Assembly: GCA_964019335.1 (NCBI GenBank) | Contig: OZ025703.1 | Location: 62,001-126,000, forward strand | Source of the DNA: Diplonema japonicum | Lineage: Eukaryota; Protista; Euglenozoa: Diplonemea | Direction: 5' to 3' | DNA length: 64,000 nt | In this document: in pieces, positions 44,673-56,621 of the stretch | Layout of the letters: each line of letters begins with the position of its first letter | How positions within the stretch are numbered: position 1 is the first letter of the stretch | The notes under the pieces: model-generated | What the model was told of the DNA's origin: nothing | The model's database searches: none | What the model saw: the letters and a program-made list of their open reading frames with translations, nothing else | Program-made: the position numbers and the translations under genes

Positions 44673-45809
44673 ATGAATACCACTGCGACATGGACGCTGA
44701 CGGCGACAGATGTGGGGAACGAAACAACCCTGACAGTAGTACCAGGAGGGGGTGCTGACGAAGTGGGTTGGGCTCAGGTGGCACTGCTTCTCGCAGCATT
44801 GATTCTGTGCTTGATGTTAACAGCTTTGTGTGTCAAGTATTTTCACAAAAAGGACAAAGCGGAAGAGGTCGAAATCTCACAGCTAGAACAGTCTAGCCAG
44901 CAAATGCAAAGAATGAGTTTTCAGGAAGACGAACTGGTCCTCCCTATGAAACGAGCGGAATCGTCATCTCAACCACCACCACCACCACCACCTCCCCCAC
45001 CCCCTCCTGTGCTTTATGTCCCTCCAACTCCTTCAACCCCGAGAACCGTTCAATTACCAGCGTCGTACGGGCCTGTCATCACATCTTCACCACGTCTTGA
45101 ATACCAAGCATTGAAGACCCCGTTGGTGTTCGGCCCTGGGATCGATCGCACTGATCAACAAGAACAGCAACACCCTGCTCGTATCTACACACCTGAAACA
45201 TATTGCTTCACAGGATGTAATGTGAGCAGGGAAGGACGCAGCGACACCTCTATGAGCAGGCTTGAAGAGTACACAGCCAGCAGGGGTCGGTTCGAGCCCA
45301 GGGTCGCCAGCGAGGTCACGTGGGATCTTCTCACCGCAGCCTGCAAGGACCTCACAAAAGCTGTTTTAAAGGGAAAGCCTGCAAACGCTGCAAAATGGGC
45401 CACCATGTTGGAAACGCTCAGAGAACGGAACCAGGCGTACACAGCCTGCGGTGCTGAGGTGTACCTCTCACTCGCGTGCGACACTGAGCTGTTCCGTGCT
45501 CACACAAAGTACGCGGTACCGGGGCATGCTGTTTACTGGGCAGCACCGCAAGCGGTCAGTTCTGCACCTGTGCTTGGTGTCGCAGATCGGTCATATAAGA
45601 AAGTTGTCACATTTGTGATCGAGAACCCAAGAGTGCTCCGTGTCCCAGGCTTGGTCTTGCTGCCGTCGTACACAAGGGTCAAGGTGCAGCGCGTGAGCCA
45701 CTTGAGGTCCGGCACTGTGTGCATCCACGTGACTCAGGAATCCGAGGAGAGCTTTTTGCGATCGCAGCGAAGCTCCTCAAAAGGCTCGCACAGTTTCAGA
45801 ACGAAATAG
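44673..45809 (+). CDS. Single-pass membrane protein with Pro-rich linker and degenerate ART (ADP-ribosyltransferase)-like C-terminal domain
   Basis: First plausible ATG at 44673; TM WAQVALLLAALILCLMLTALCV; VYLS...Y..G..VYW....AVSS...TFVIE...VLLP..T..KV..V spacing. Confidence 0.6.
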   Translation: MNTTATWTLTATDVGNETTLTVVPGGGADEVGWAQVALLLAALILCLMLTALCVKYFHKKDKAEEVEISQLEQSSQQMQRMSFQEDELVLPMKRAESSSQPPPPPPPPPPPPVLYVPPTPSTPRTVQLPASYGPVITSSPRLEYQALKTPLVFGPGIDRTDQQEQQHPARIYTPETYCFTGCNVSREGRSDTSMSRLEEYTASRGRFEPRVASEVTWDLLTAACKDLTKAVLKGKPANAAKWATMLETLRERNQAYTACGAEVYLSLACDTELFRAHTKYAVPGHAVYWAAPQAVSSAPVLGVADRSYKKVVTFVIENPRVLRVPGLVLLPSYTRVKVQRVSHLRSGTVCIHVTQESEESFLRSQRSSSKGSHSFRTK

Positions 45810-45953
45810 ACTTTTTTTTTTTAAAAAAAAATATATATATATTTTAAACGGTGGAACTTCGTAGCCCCTCTAATCCATTAAATTTAAAAAAAAAAAGGTT
45901 ACAAAAAAAAAAAAAAAAAAAAAGAATCCGATTCTCCCCTATTTTACCGCAAC

Positions 45954-46844
45954 ATGGAGATTTTAAAACTTATGCGCCGCGATGAGGAAGAGAGGAGATG
46001 GGATTATTCTGACGGGTATTACAGCGACTATGATGAATACTATCACCTTGACCGTTGTGAAGAAGAAGCCTTTGAGGAGCTGGAGAACAGGCTCCACGAG
46101 TTGACAAGAAACGCAACAGAATTCAAAAAACTTGGGGAAGAGGCAGAGGCCCAGTTCAACAATGAGGACAACGACCTCAGCCGGACTGTGACAGAGTTCA
46201 GCGAACAAGCTGAACTCGTTGTCACTGCGATATACGGCAAAAAACGTTCACCTCACGGTCCACTGTACCTTGTCGCTTGGGGCAGTGCGGGCAACCTTTC
46301 ATGGGAGCAAGAAGACGAAATTGACGCCGTGAATTTAATAGAAGAGTACGAGTCCAAAAGGAAGGCTAAATGGGAGGAAGTGCTCAAGAAACAACACCAG
46401 ATTTCCCGACAGAAATTCTGCCTTCGAACAACACAGCGTGGCTGGGCATATCGGTCGGTCCACCCTGTCAAACGCAAGAAAGAAAACAGCAACAGTGTCC
46501 CATCGCAGACGGAGCAGGACAGACTTATGGATCTTGACCTACCCGCCTTGAGGGTGTATCTCCAGACTGTTACGGAATTCACTCCGCTTCACTATGAGCT
46601 TCTCTTGAGGTTGTCGGAGGGTGATGTGTCGAGGGGTGCCTCTCCTGTGCAGTTGCAGAGGCTTCGTTCTGCCACCAAAGAGGAGTTGGGTAACCCTTCG
46701 AACTCGTCCTGTGCGGTCTGTCTCGATGATTTTGACCCTGCTCCGCCCACTATTTTGCCTTGCTCGCACTTGTTTCACTCAGACTGCATCGGTTTGTGGC
46801 TCAAAAACGAAAAGACGTGCCCCCTTTGCAAGTTTGAAATTTGA
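45954..46844 (+). CDS. Chromodomain-like + RING-H2 E3 ubiquitin ligase
   Basis: VTAIYGKK...YLVAW....SWE..EI....LIEEYE; C-terminal CAVC...LPCSHLFH..CI..WL....CPLC. Confidence 0.8.
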   Translation: MEILKLMRRDEEERRWDYSDGYYSDYDEYYHLDRCEEEAFEELENRLHELTRNATEFKKLGEEAEAQFNNEDNDLSRTVTEFSEQAELVVTAIYGKKRSPHGPLYLVAWGSAGNLSWEQEDEIDAVNLIEEYESKRKAKWEEVLKKQHQISRQKFCLRTTQRGWAYRSVHPVKRKKENSNSVPSQTEQDRLMDLDLPALRVYLQTVTEFTPLHYELLLRLSEGDVSRGASPVQLQRLRSATKEELGNPSNSSCAVCLDDFDPAPPTILPCSHLFHSDCIGLWLKNEKTCPLCKFEI

Positions 46845-47059
46845 ACAAAAAAAAAAAGAGAAAAAAAAAAAGATTTGTTCCCTCTCCAATTTACCAAACG
46901 TGTATCCTATAAAATCTTTATCCTTACCTCAATTTTTTTTGTCGGCTCGTTTGGGGTTTTTTTTTTTTTTTTTTTTTTTACTTTTTTTTTTATATTTTGT
47001 CCCGCTTCTAAAAAAAAAAAAGAGGGAGGGGAGGGGGAGAGTGAGAGGAAAAAAATAAA

Positions 47060-48551
47060 ATGTCGCAGCAAGAGCAATACCTATCCGGAGCTAAAGTAGT
47101 GTTCTTGGCCAACAAGCCTCCGAAGCTGAAGAAATGGGTGAAGGCAGCAGGGGGTGAAATAGGAATAACCGCAAAGGAGGACACGACGCACATCGTGATA
47201 GTGAAAAACGTATCCACCCCCTCTAAAAAAAAAAAAAGAAAAAAAAGAAGAAAAAAAAAAAGAAACTCACACAACCTTTCATTCACAGAAAAATACGAAG
47301 GTTGTACCAATTCCAGCCTGTTGTGAAGCTGTGGTTGTCACAGGAGCATGGCTCGAAGCGTGCCAGGCGGAGGGAGCACTGGTACCGACGGAAAATTACA
47401 AAGCTGAAGAAAAGCGAAAGTCTTCTGCATCACCGCAGCCAACACCACCTATGAAAAAACAAAAATTCTCAGCCACATCAGTAGAACAAAGTCTAGCCCC
47501 AACCAACCCTTTATATTCATTCTGGGAACACATAACCTCCCAAGACTGGGTCCCGACCGAACTGGCAAAACTCGGAATCGACAAAAACCTCCCCTTGAAG
47601 AACATGAAAGCGCATCATTTTGCATCAGCGGAGGCCCTCATCGAGTCGGTGGTGATGTCGGGGGAAGAACAGAGCCCCGCTTTATATCAAAGAATCATAC
47701 CGGGAGGAGTCCTTTCGCACGCAGAGGAAGCGATAGCCGAGAGAAAGCACGAGGTGGAGAAGTTAAAATGGATGAAATCATGTTTAGATGTTATAGTTCA
47801 CTGCCGCAAGCCTTGGGATGGACCTGTGGTTTCAAAATGCGATTTGAGGCTTGCGACGGACGATCTCGGTTACAAGATCTTCAAGGCGAGAATGAAGTAC
47901 CAGGCGGACGTTGCAAACGACGACCCGCCCTCGCTAGCAGAGACCATGTTCTGTGTTGTGATGGACCACAGCGAGCCGTTTCCGAAGGTAGAAGGGGTGG
48001 ACAATAGGGAGCTGCAGTGGGGTTTGCACATTAAAAATGTGTTCACATACCACTCCCAGGCCCAATGGTGCTCATTCAAAGTGTTTGCGTCCGACAAAAA
48101 ACTGCAAACCGCTCGACTGGGATGGGTTGCGTACCAACCTTACGAAGTCCTCAAAGTCCTAAAAGAAGGAATCCCCGTTACAGAGACTTTCTTCGCGTCG
48201 CCTCTTGCTGCACTTGAAAGCAGGATGCTTCAAGGGAGGAAGCTTTACGTGTTTCTCTGCTCGCTCCTACCGGTGAGGGATACCGAGGATGTCCATCAGC
48301 TCACACCCGTAACGACTCTGCACCACGAGCTGCTCTTGCTTCAGGCTGAGGAGATCGAGGCTGAGGATATTAAGTCCTCTGCGCAGCAGGCACGTTCCGC
48401 ACACGTCTCCACCCTCCTCCAGACCTCGCGGGCTAGTTCTGCGGACGACGACGAGCTCCCCACCGAAGCATCGCAGGGCCCTCCCACCACAGCTGCCTCT
48501 GATGTCGTTTCCCTTACTCATTACATTTTCCAGGTTGAGATCCCTGTTTAA
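47060..48551 (+). CDS. BRCT-domain protein, possibly with degenerate PARP-like C-terminal region (2 or more exons)
   Basis: Intron 47210-47288 completes the BRCT domain (LSG..V...GG...TTHIV...VVT..WL..C...G.LV..E.Y). Confidence 0.7.
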
Positions 48552-48554
48552 GAC

Positions 48555-48587
<33 letters not shown>

Positions 48588-48630
48588 TCGTTGTTATCTC
48601 AATTTTTTAAACTAGGGTTGTCCACATTCT

Positions 48631-48669
<39 letters not shown>

Positions 48670-48679
48670 CTTTTTAAAC

Positions 48680-49093
48680 ATGTCGTCTATGACCGGCGTT
48701 ACCTGCGACAATGACTGTGTTCAGAAGTACGAGGCTCTGAAGACCAAGTCCACCTGCCAGGGTATCGAGTTCGCCATTGAGGGTGACAAGATCATCGCCG
48801 CCAAGGAGTTCGCCAAGGGGACTTCGTGGGCTGACTTCGTGAAGTCGATGCCCAGTGAGGCCCGTTACTACGTGTGGGACTTCAGCTTCGAGGACGAGGG
48901 TGTCAGCAAGTCGAAGCTTCTGTTCATCACTTGGAACCCCGACTCCGGTAAGATTAAGTCAAAACTGCTTTACGCTGGTTCCAAGGACGCCCTGAAGAAG
49001 AAGATCGAGGGTGGTCTCATCGAGGTGCAGGCCAACGATGTGGACGACCTTGACCTGGAGCTCATCACCGGTCGTGCCAGGAAGGGTTTCTGA
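48680..49093 (+). CDS. ADF: ADF/cofilin, copy 1 (variant)
   Basis: TGV, RYYVWDF, KLLFITWNPD, K.KLLYAGSKDALK, IEVQAND. Confidence 0.95.
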   Translation: MSSMTGVTCDNDCVQKYEALKTKSTCQGIEFAIEGDKIIAAKEFAKGTSWADFVKSMPSEARYYVWDFSFEDEGVSKSKLLFITWNPDSGKIKSKLLYAGSKDALKKKIEGGLIEVQANDVDDLDLELITGRARKGF

Positions 49094-49371
49094 GACGTCG
49101 GTTATTATATTAAAAGATTTTCTGTCTCCTTCCTCCAAATCTCGTTCTTTCTCAGCTCTTTTTACTTCTTTTTTTTTTAATCTTTTTCTTAGCTCCCTTG
49201 CCTCAAATTGTTTGTCACTCCGTTGTGGCTTTCATCGTTTTTTTTTTTCTCCTTTTTACATCATTATAAAAAAAAAGAAAGAAAAGAAAACACCACACCC
49301 CTTCCCTTACAGGCCACGTTCCTTCTTTCCTTTTAGGGTTTAGAAAAGAAAAAAAAAAAAAAACTACAAAA

Positions 49372-49782
49372 ATGTCTATGACCGGCGTTACCTGCGACAA
49401 TGACTGTGTTCAGAAGTACGAGGCTCTGAAGACCAAGTCCACCTGCCAGGGTATCGAGTTCGCCATTGAGGGTGACAAGATCATCGCCGCCAAGGAGTTC
49501 GCCAAGGGGACTTCGTGGGCTGACTTCGTGAAGTCGATGCCCAATGAGGCCCGTTACTACGTGTGGGACTTCAGCTTCGAGGACGAGGGTGTCAGCAAGT
49601 CGAAGCTTCTGTTCATCACTTGGAACCCCGACTCCGGTAAGATTAAGACCAAGATGCTTTACGCTGGTTCCAAGGACGCCCTGAAGAAGAAGATCGAGGG
49701 TGGTCTCATCGAGGTGCAGGCCAACGATGTGGACGACCTTGACCTGGAGCTCATCACCGGTCGTGCCAGGAAGGGTTTCTAG
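49372..49782 (+). CDS. ADF: ADF/cofilin, copy 2
   Basis: Same ADF-H motifs, with KTKMLYA. Confidence 0.95.
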   Translation: MSMTGVTCDNDCVQKYEALKTKSTCQGIEFAIEGDKIIAAKEFAKGTSWADFVKSMPNEARYYVWDFSFEDEGVSKSKLLFITWNPDSGKIKTKMLYAGSKDALKKKIEGGLIEVQANDVDDLDLELITGRARKGF

Positions 49783-50159
49783 AAGCTGACCTTGGGTCTT
49801 ACTCCGTTATCTTTTACCACCCTCCCCCTTTCCCCATATAGTTTATTATTTCCTTTTTCCAGACTCGCATTTTAGTTATCCGAGTTTACCCCCCCTTTTT
49901 ATTTTTGTTTTCTTCTTCCCCCCAGCCAAAAACCTCAACCCTTTTCCGGTTTATCTTCTTTTCTTTCCATTTTTTACCCCCTTTTTTTATTATTGTTTAT
50001 TATTTGCTTGGACAAGAGGGCGGGGGGGGGAGGGTGATAGCTGAGGTAGTGCAAATTTGGCTACTTATCAGCCAGCTTTTTGCGCAAATACCGAACCGCC
50101 AACTTTCTCAAAAAAAAAAAGGAAAAAAAAAAAAAAAGAAAAAAAAAAAAACTACAAAA

Positions 50160-50570
50160 ATGTCTATGACCGGTGTTACCTGCGACAATGACTGTGTTCA
50201 GAAGTACGAGGCTCTGAAGACCAAGTCCACCTGCCAGGGTATCGAGTTCGCCATTGAGGGTGACAAGATCATCGCCGCCAAGGAGTTCGCCAAGGGGACT
50301 TCGTGGGCTGACTTCGTGAAGTCGATGCCCAATGAGGCCCGTTACTACGTGTGGGACTTCAGCTTCGAGGACGAGGGTGTCAGCAAGTCGAAGCTTCTGT
50401 TCATCACTTGGAACCCCGACTCCGGTAAGATTAAGACCAAGATGCTTTACGCTGGTTCCAAGGACGCTCTGAAGAAGAAGATCGAGGGTGGTCTCATCGA
50501 GGTGCAGGCCAACGATGTGGACGACCTTGACCTGGAGCTCATCACCGGTCGTGCCAGGAAGGGTTTCTAG
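50160..50570 (+). CDS. ADF: ADF/cofilin, copy 3
   Basis: Protein identical to copy 2; ATG at 50160. Confidence 0.95.
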   Translation: MSMTGVTCDNDCVQKYEALKTKSTCQGIEFAIEGDKIIAAKEFAKGTSWADFVKSMPNEARYYVWDFSFEDEGVSKSKLLFITWNPDSGKIKTKMLYAGSKDALKKKIEGGLIEVQANDVDDLDLELITGRARKGF

Positions 50571-51036
50571 ATATTGCTCGAATTGATATTTTATTTTTTT
50601 TTTCTCTTGAAGGAGGAAAAAAAAAAAAAAAAAAAAAAATGGACAATAGAAAAAAAAAAAAAAGAAGAAAAAGCAGGAAAGAAAGAAGCGGGGGAAAAAA
50701 TATTCGTTCCCCTCTCTTTGTTTTCCTTCCCCCCCCTCCCCTCTTGCCCCAGCCCCGTATTATTTTTTTTACCTCCCCGTATTATTGTTTGCAGGCACCC
50801 TTTAAAAAAAAAAAGTGTTCCCTCACCCACGGTTGTCTGCGCCCCCCTGACCTCGTACCGAGTGGTATATTTTATTTATTGCATACTTTTTTTTTTTTTT
50901 TTTTACTCTTACGTTCCCCCCCCCCCCTTTTTTTATTCTTACATTACGTGTTTGATACCCCCTTTCCCCCCCCTTCCAGCCCATTTTATATGACAAGACC
51001 AACCCCCCTTCCTCTTCTCTAAATCAAGACGCAAGG

Positions 51037-54000
51037 ATGTCGAATAAAAAAGATGATCGCGATGAAAGGGTTCTGGTCCATGTGAGGGTGAGACCGCTGA
51101 CACATCAAGAAGACGGACAGAGCGTCATAGTATCGTCGAATGAGAAGAAAAAACTAACCATATGCAAGGACAGGGGAGCAGGTGTCCGTTCGTTCGGCTA
51201 CGACAGAGTATACTGGTCGCTAGACGGCAGCGATACCTTTGACACACAGCAGGACATCTACAACGACATAGGGGTGTTGATGCTAGACCATGCATTCACA
51301 GGTTACAACACATGCATTTTCGCATATGGGCAAACCGGTAGTGGTAAAACCTACACCATGATGGGCGATCATAAAAGCTCAGAGGACACAGATACCGGTA
51401 TTATCCCGCGGGCATGCAATGAACTGTTCAACAAGATCGATTCTGGATTCACGTTGGTACACTCCCGCAGTGAGTCGCCAGACGACAACATGCCAGTGTG
51501 TATCAACTCTTACGAAGTGTTGTGTAGCTACTATGAGATTTACAACGAGAAGGTTTACGATCTGTTGGAACCAGGGAAGGAAGACCTCCGCGTAAGGGAG
51601 CACCCCACCCTCGGGCCATATGTTGAAAACCTCACCTTGAAACAGGTTTCTTTCTACGACGATGTCGAGTCGCTGCTGTTGCTCGGCAACCGGCACAGGC
51701 ACACAAACTCCACGAAACTGAACGAGAGATCCTCGCGAAGCCACGCGATCTTCACAGTCGTCCTAAAACAGTCACATTTCAGTGAGGGCGAACTGTCTGA
51801 ATTCGTTTCCCGTATCAATCTCGTTGATCTCGCTGGTTCCGAACGGACAAAAAACGCCGGGACCAAAGGGGAAACGCTTAACGAGGGTATCAACATTAAT
51901 AAGTCGCTCTGCACGTTGGGGCAGGTGATCCACAATTTAGCGGAGTCCCATGAACGGCATAAAGACATGTTCATAAACTTCCGTGATTCCAATCTGACCT
52001 GGCTCCTCAGGGAAAACCTTGGCGGGAACTCCAAAACGATCATGGTGGCAACCATCTCCCCCGCAGCCAATTGCTACGACGAATCTCTGAACACTCTGCG
52101 CTATGCCGACAGGGTCAAACACATCCGTCAAAAGGCCATCATCAACGAGGACAGCAAGACGAAGCTCATCAGGGACCTCCGTCAAGAGGTCGCGCACCTC
52201 AGACGCGAAAACATGGAAATCGCTAAACTCCGCCACGAGCTTGTTCTGTGCAAGAAAGCCGCCGCGCTGTCCTCGCCGACAGCGTTGCTTGAAAGGACCA
52301 ACAGCGCCATGACTCTTACACCCGGTGATTCGCCGTATTTAATTATCCTGAGGCCGAACCCGGGTGTTACGACCCCGCTGCTGTGCAGGCTCCGTGCAGC
52401 AGGTGTCTTACTGACTGAACCTGGTGACAATACCACCACCCCTGCGTCTGTTCTGAGCAAGCAGTATCCGTCGTTAGGAGTTGCAGCCGATGCTGTGTCA
52501 GTGGTCGCGATGCCTGGCGTTGTCAAGCACGCTGCGATCTTCCTGAAGACATCCGACAAGCAGTCGGTGTACGGGAACCGCCCGTGCCGTCTGGTTCCTT
52601 TGTCAGCACAGTGCAAGATGGGGAACGGCAGCTACACCTCGACGCCCATCCCCTTGCACCACGGGTGCATCGTGAGCATTGGTGACGTCGTGTGCAGGTT
52701 CGCCGACCCCTCTGCTGTGGACGCTGTCGACGACCCACTCGTAACGTGCACTACGGTGACACGGGGAGACTCTTCCATCCAGACAGCAGATAAGGATAAG
52801 GAGACCTTGGAAATGGAGGACCAGATCATCAGAATGATGTCCCCTGAGCAGCAGAACCAGTACAACTCCTTGACAGCCATGCAACAGCAGGTCTTCTTGT
52901 CAAGACACCTTGAGGGCATGAAGCCGTTAGCCAAGGATGTCGTCGGCAAGGACCAGCCGTTGAAGACCTCGTTGTCCGTCGACGAGCAGCAGCAGAGCCT
53001 GTTGCTGACGCCCACACAGCTGCAGCAATACTCGAACCTCAATGTGAACCACAAGCAGCAATACGCGTTGCTGACAGCAGAGCAGCAGCTGAAGTTCCTC
53101 GATAGCCTTCCACTTCCTGAGAAGTACGACAAGATGGGCATCAGCGAGATACAAGGACTCAACACACAGCAATCCGAGCTCTTGACCACAATGCTGAAGG
53201 AGCTGTCACCTACACAGCAGCAGCAACTAGAAGTGCTCACTGCCAGCCAGCAACAAGTTTACATGAACCTTACCCCGCGAGACAAAGACGTCTTCGGCTC
53301 CCTCACACCCAAGCAGCAGCAGGCATTCATCGAACTGACACCTAGACAGCAACACCGTTTCCTGTCACTGACTCCGCGCCAACAGCAGCAGTTCATGGCA
53401 GAACAACAGCTCCAGCTGACGCCGCAAGCGCTAACCGACCAGCAGCGGCTGCTGCTGTCCGACGTGCAGCCGACACACCAAGGTCACGTAGACCCCTCCC
53501 TCTTCGGGACAGGGCACACCACGGTTATGCCAAGGCTCAATATGACAGCCCTGAGCTCACTAAATGCGTCTGGCCTTCAACAAAGCCCGAGTACAGACAC
53601 CAGCGTAGGCCCGCACAGTATCGAAACAGGCAGGGCTGACGTCATGGGGTTCATGGGGCTTGCGGACAAGGCTAAGTTCATTCTCAGTAAGCTTGCAGAC
53701 GAGTCAGAGGATAAGGCACCAGAAGTGGCGGAGCTGCATAGGCTGACAGCGCAGATGGAGGAAGCCATGATAACAATGCACAGGGAGCAGATAGAGGCAA
53801 AGAGAGAGCAGGAGACCTCGGTGAAGGAGATCGATGAACTGAAAGTGCAGGCGTCAGACCACCAGCAGCTGCTAGGACAGGTGAAGGAAGAAAGCACAAA
53901 AGAGCTCATGTTGAAGGAACTGAAGGTGGAGGAGGCGCACAAGGAGGTTGACGCAAAGAACACGGTGTTGAACGAGGTGAGCGCAGACTTCTACAAACAG

Positions 54001-56421
54001 AAAGAGGAATACGAGGAGAGGCTGCAAGAGATGTCTCACACTGCAACAAGGCGCATGGAGGAGGCTGTGTCGGAGCAGAACAGAAGGCTTGCACAGTCGG
54101 AAGAGTGCATCCATGTGTTAGAGGTACAATTCCAAGACGCAGAGGAGAGGTATCACCTTGCGATGGACGAGAAGGACATGGAGCTCATCGACATCCAAGC
54201 AAAGCTGAACGCCACAGAGTGCGTCCTCAATGAGGAGCGCAGGGACAACGAGACCTTGCGTCTCGACCAGGCCACGCTGGAGCAGCAGTACGAAGAGACA
54301 ACGCAATCCTTGGAGAGTGTGAAAGAAGCCTTCAACTCAGTTTTAAGCGAGGTTTCTCAGCTGAAGAACGAACTCGTGGTGGAAAGAGAGACCATGGTGG
54401 AGTCAACGGCACAGATGCAGGTCCTGGAAGCAGAGGTCGGGAAGCTTCAGATGTTGGAAGAGGAGGCGAAGAAGAAGATGACGGCGCTCACCACGCAGCA
54501 CGACGTGAAGTTGAAGGAGATCGAGTCGAAAGCGGTTGAGATCCACGAACTGCGGCGGAACGAGAAGAAACTCGCCAAGCGGCTTGAAGAGGAATCGCAA
54601 CTGTCACGTGAGCAGCTGCTGCTGAAGGAAAAGGAGGTGAGGCATTTGCGAGAGCTGACAGATCAGAAGGAAATCGCGAGAACGGCTGTTGAAACGCAGT
54701 GCGACCTGCTAAGGAGCAGGGTGGAGGGCACGCTAGAGGAGCTACAAAGGCTGCAGACAGAGATTGTTGACTGCGAGTTCCATCTGCGTGACAAAGAGGA
54801 CAAGATCAAGGAGCTGCACGGCGAGAAACAGAAGCTTGTTCAAGCACATGCTCAGGAAACCGAAAGCCAGAGAAGCGTGAGGGAGACATCAATGGCCGAG
54901 CAGCAAGGGCAGATCCGTGACCTGAACGAGCAGATCTACATCATCCAAACAAAAGCCAGAGAGGTGCAGGAGAAGAACAGAGACCTTTACACGTCACAAG
55001 AGAAAATCCGCGAGAGGAGGGTGAAGCTTAAGCTCGAGCTGGACCAGAAGGAATTTGAGCTGAAGGACACTAAACAGAAATACCTTGAAGCTCACGTGAG
55101 GCTGCAGCAAGCCATCAAAAAAGGCCAAAAGGAGCAGAAACAGCTAGAGCAGCTCCGCAGGTTGACAACGTTGGTCAAAGAACAGGAAGCGCGCATCGAG
55201 TACCTACAGAAGGAGCTCAAAGAGTCACAAGCACAGAACAAGAGACTCGAAGAGGTACACATCAGCGCACTGTCACCAGAACAGCTGCAGCAGGTTAAAG
55301 AAGACATGCAATCTGTGCTGAGGGCACTGAAGGCGGAAGTCATTCACTTCTCGCCACCTGCCTTACGACAGATTCAGACAATCGTCAACTCAGTACAGCA
55401 TGCAGTGGACCCAAGGAGGATCTTTAGACAGGTTTGAAGAAGAAAGCACAGTACAACCACACATCACACTACAGGCCTTCAACCACGTGAGGCTGGTCGT
55501 GACGGAGATCTCAGGACGTGACCAGCAGACGCATGGTGGGGCATGGGACGTCGATGTATGATGTAAACGTACTACACAACAACAACACAGGAATCGCACA
55601 TGGGGAGGATGAAGGCCTTCCAGCGTGCTAGCATCCTGAAGGCCTTAAGAGAGATCGTCGTGTGGCACGGTGTCTCTGCGGACTTCACAAGACAGGAGCT
55701 AGCTGCGTACATGGAACTGACCGCCAACGCAAAATTCTTGGTAAGCCTTGCAGGGTTCTGTCAAAACCCGAACATGCCAGACTTCCCCAGAGCAGGGGCA
55801 GGGAATATCACGGATTTGAACCTGCGGCCGTTGATCCTCGCAGGCAGGAGGGGGAAATCGGCTGGCAAGCGTGAACAGTACAACCCAACGTCTCCAAGAC
55901 TGGAGAGGGAGAGAGCAAGGGAAGCTAAGGAAAAGGAAAAAGACACCAAAGAGAAGGACGTTAACGCGAGGGCAGCGATGATAGCGCCTTCTCTCGAGCT
56001 GAGCACCCCATACGGTCTTGCTATGGAAAGATCGAAGTCCACAGAAGTCCACGATGAGAGGAGGGGGGTCCCTTCTATGTCGCACAGGCATATTCTTAAT
56101 ATGCCCGCCTTGCTCTTTGACAGGAGAAGGCCTGGTAGTTTGGCCATGCGGTGCAACGACCCGCGGTCCCGTTCACCGGCGGCCCCCTTGGTCAACAGGG
56201 GTGGGTGTGGGTCGCCCAGAGCATCGTCGCAGTCGCCCCTTGTGCCCCGTACTGCGTCCCCACATGCAGCGCAGAGCCAAGTTTACAGAGAGGCCTACAC
56301 CCGGCCTACCATGATGCCAATGGAGGATCATGAAGAAGACACTAGGCGGAGGGGCGATCACGATCCCAAGAAGAAAAGCTTTATGCAAGGCACCGTATCT
56401 TCCCAAGGGAAAGCTGTATGA
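51037..56421 (+). CDS. Kinesin-3-like motor with FHA-like region, LTPxQQ repeats and long coiled coil (3 exons)
   Basis: FAYGQTGSGKTYTM, LRVREHP, SSRSHAIF, LVDLAGSER, LTWLLRENLGGNSKT. Introns 55432-55474 and 55556-55590 join ORF 55600..56421. Confidence 0.9.
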
Positions 56422-56430
56422 GATTTTAAA

Positions 56431-56473
<43 letters not shown>

Positions 56474-56588
56474 AGATACACAGAGGAGGATTCCCCCTTG
56501 CCGCGCACATGATTCGGCGGTCTGTTAGGTACACCCGACCTGGGTCCCGGCCTTATTGAAATTTTGTCTTGACCTTGTTGGGGGAGGG

Positions 56589-56621
<33 letters not shown>

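Noticed and set aside
48022-48059. Possible extra intron in the BRCT gene
   Set aside because: Removing 38 nt would shift an otherwise open frame; unsupported without RNA data
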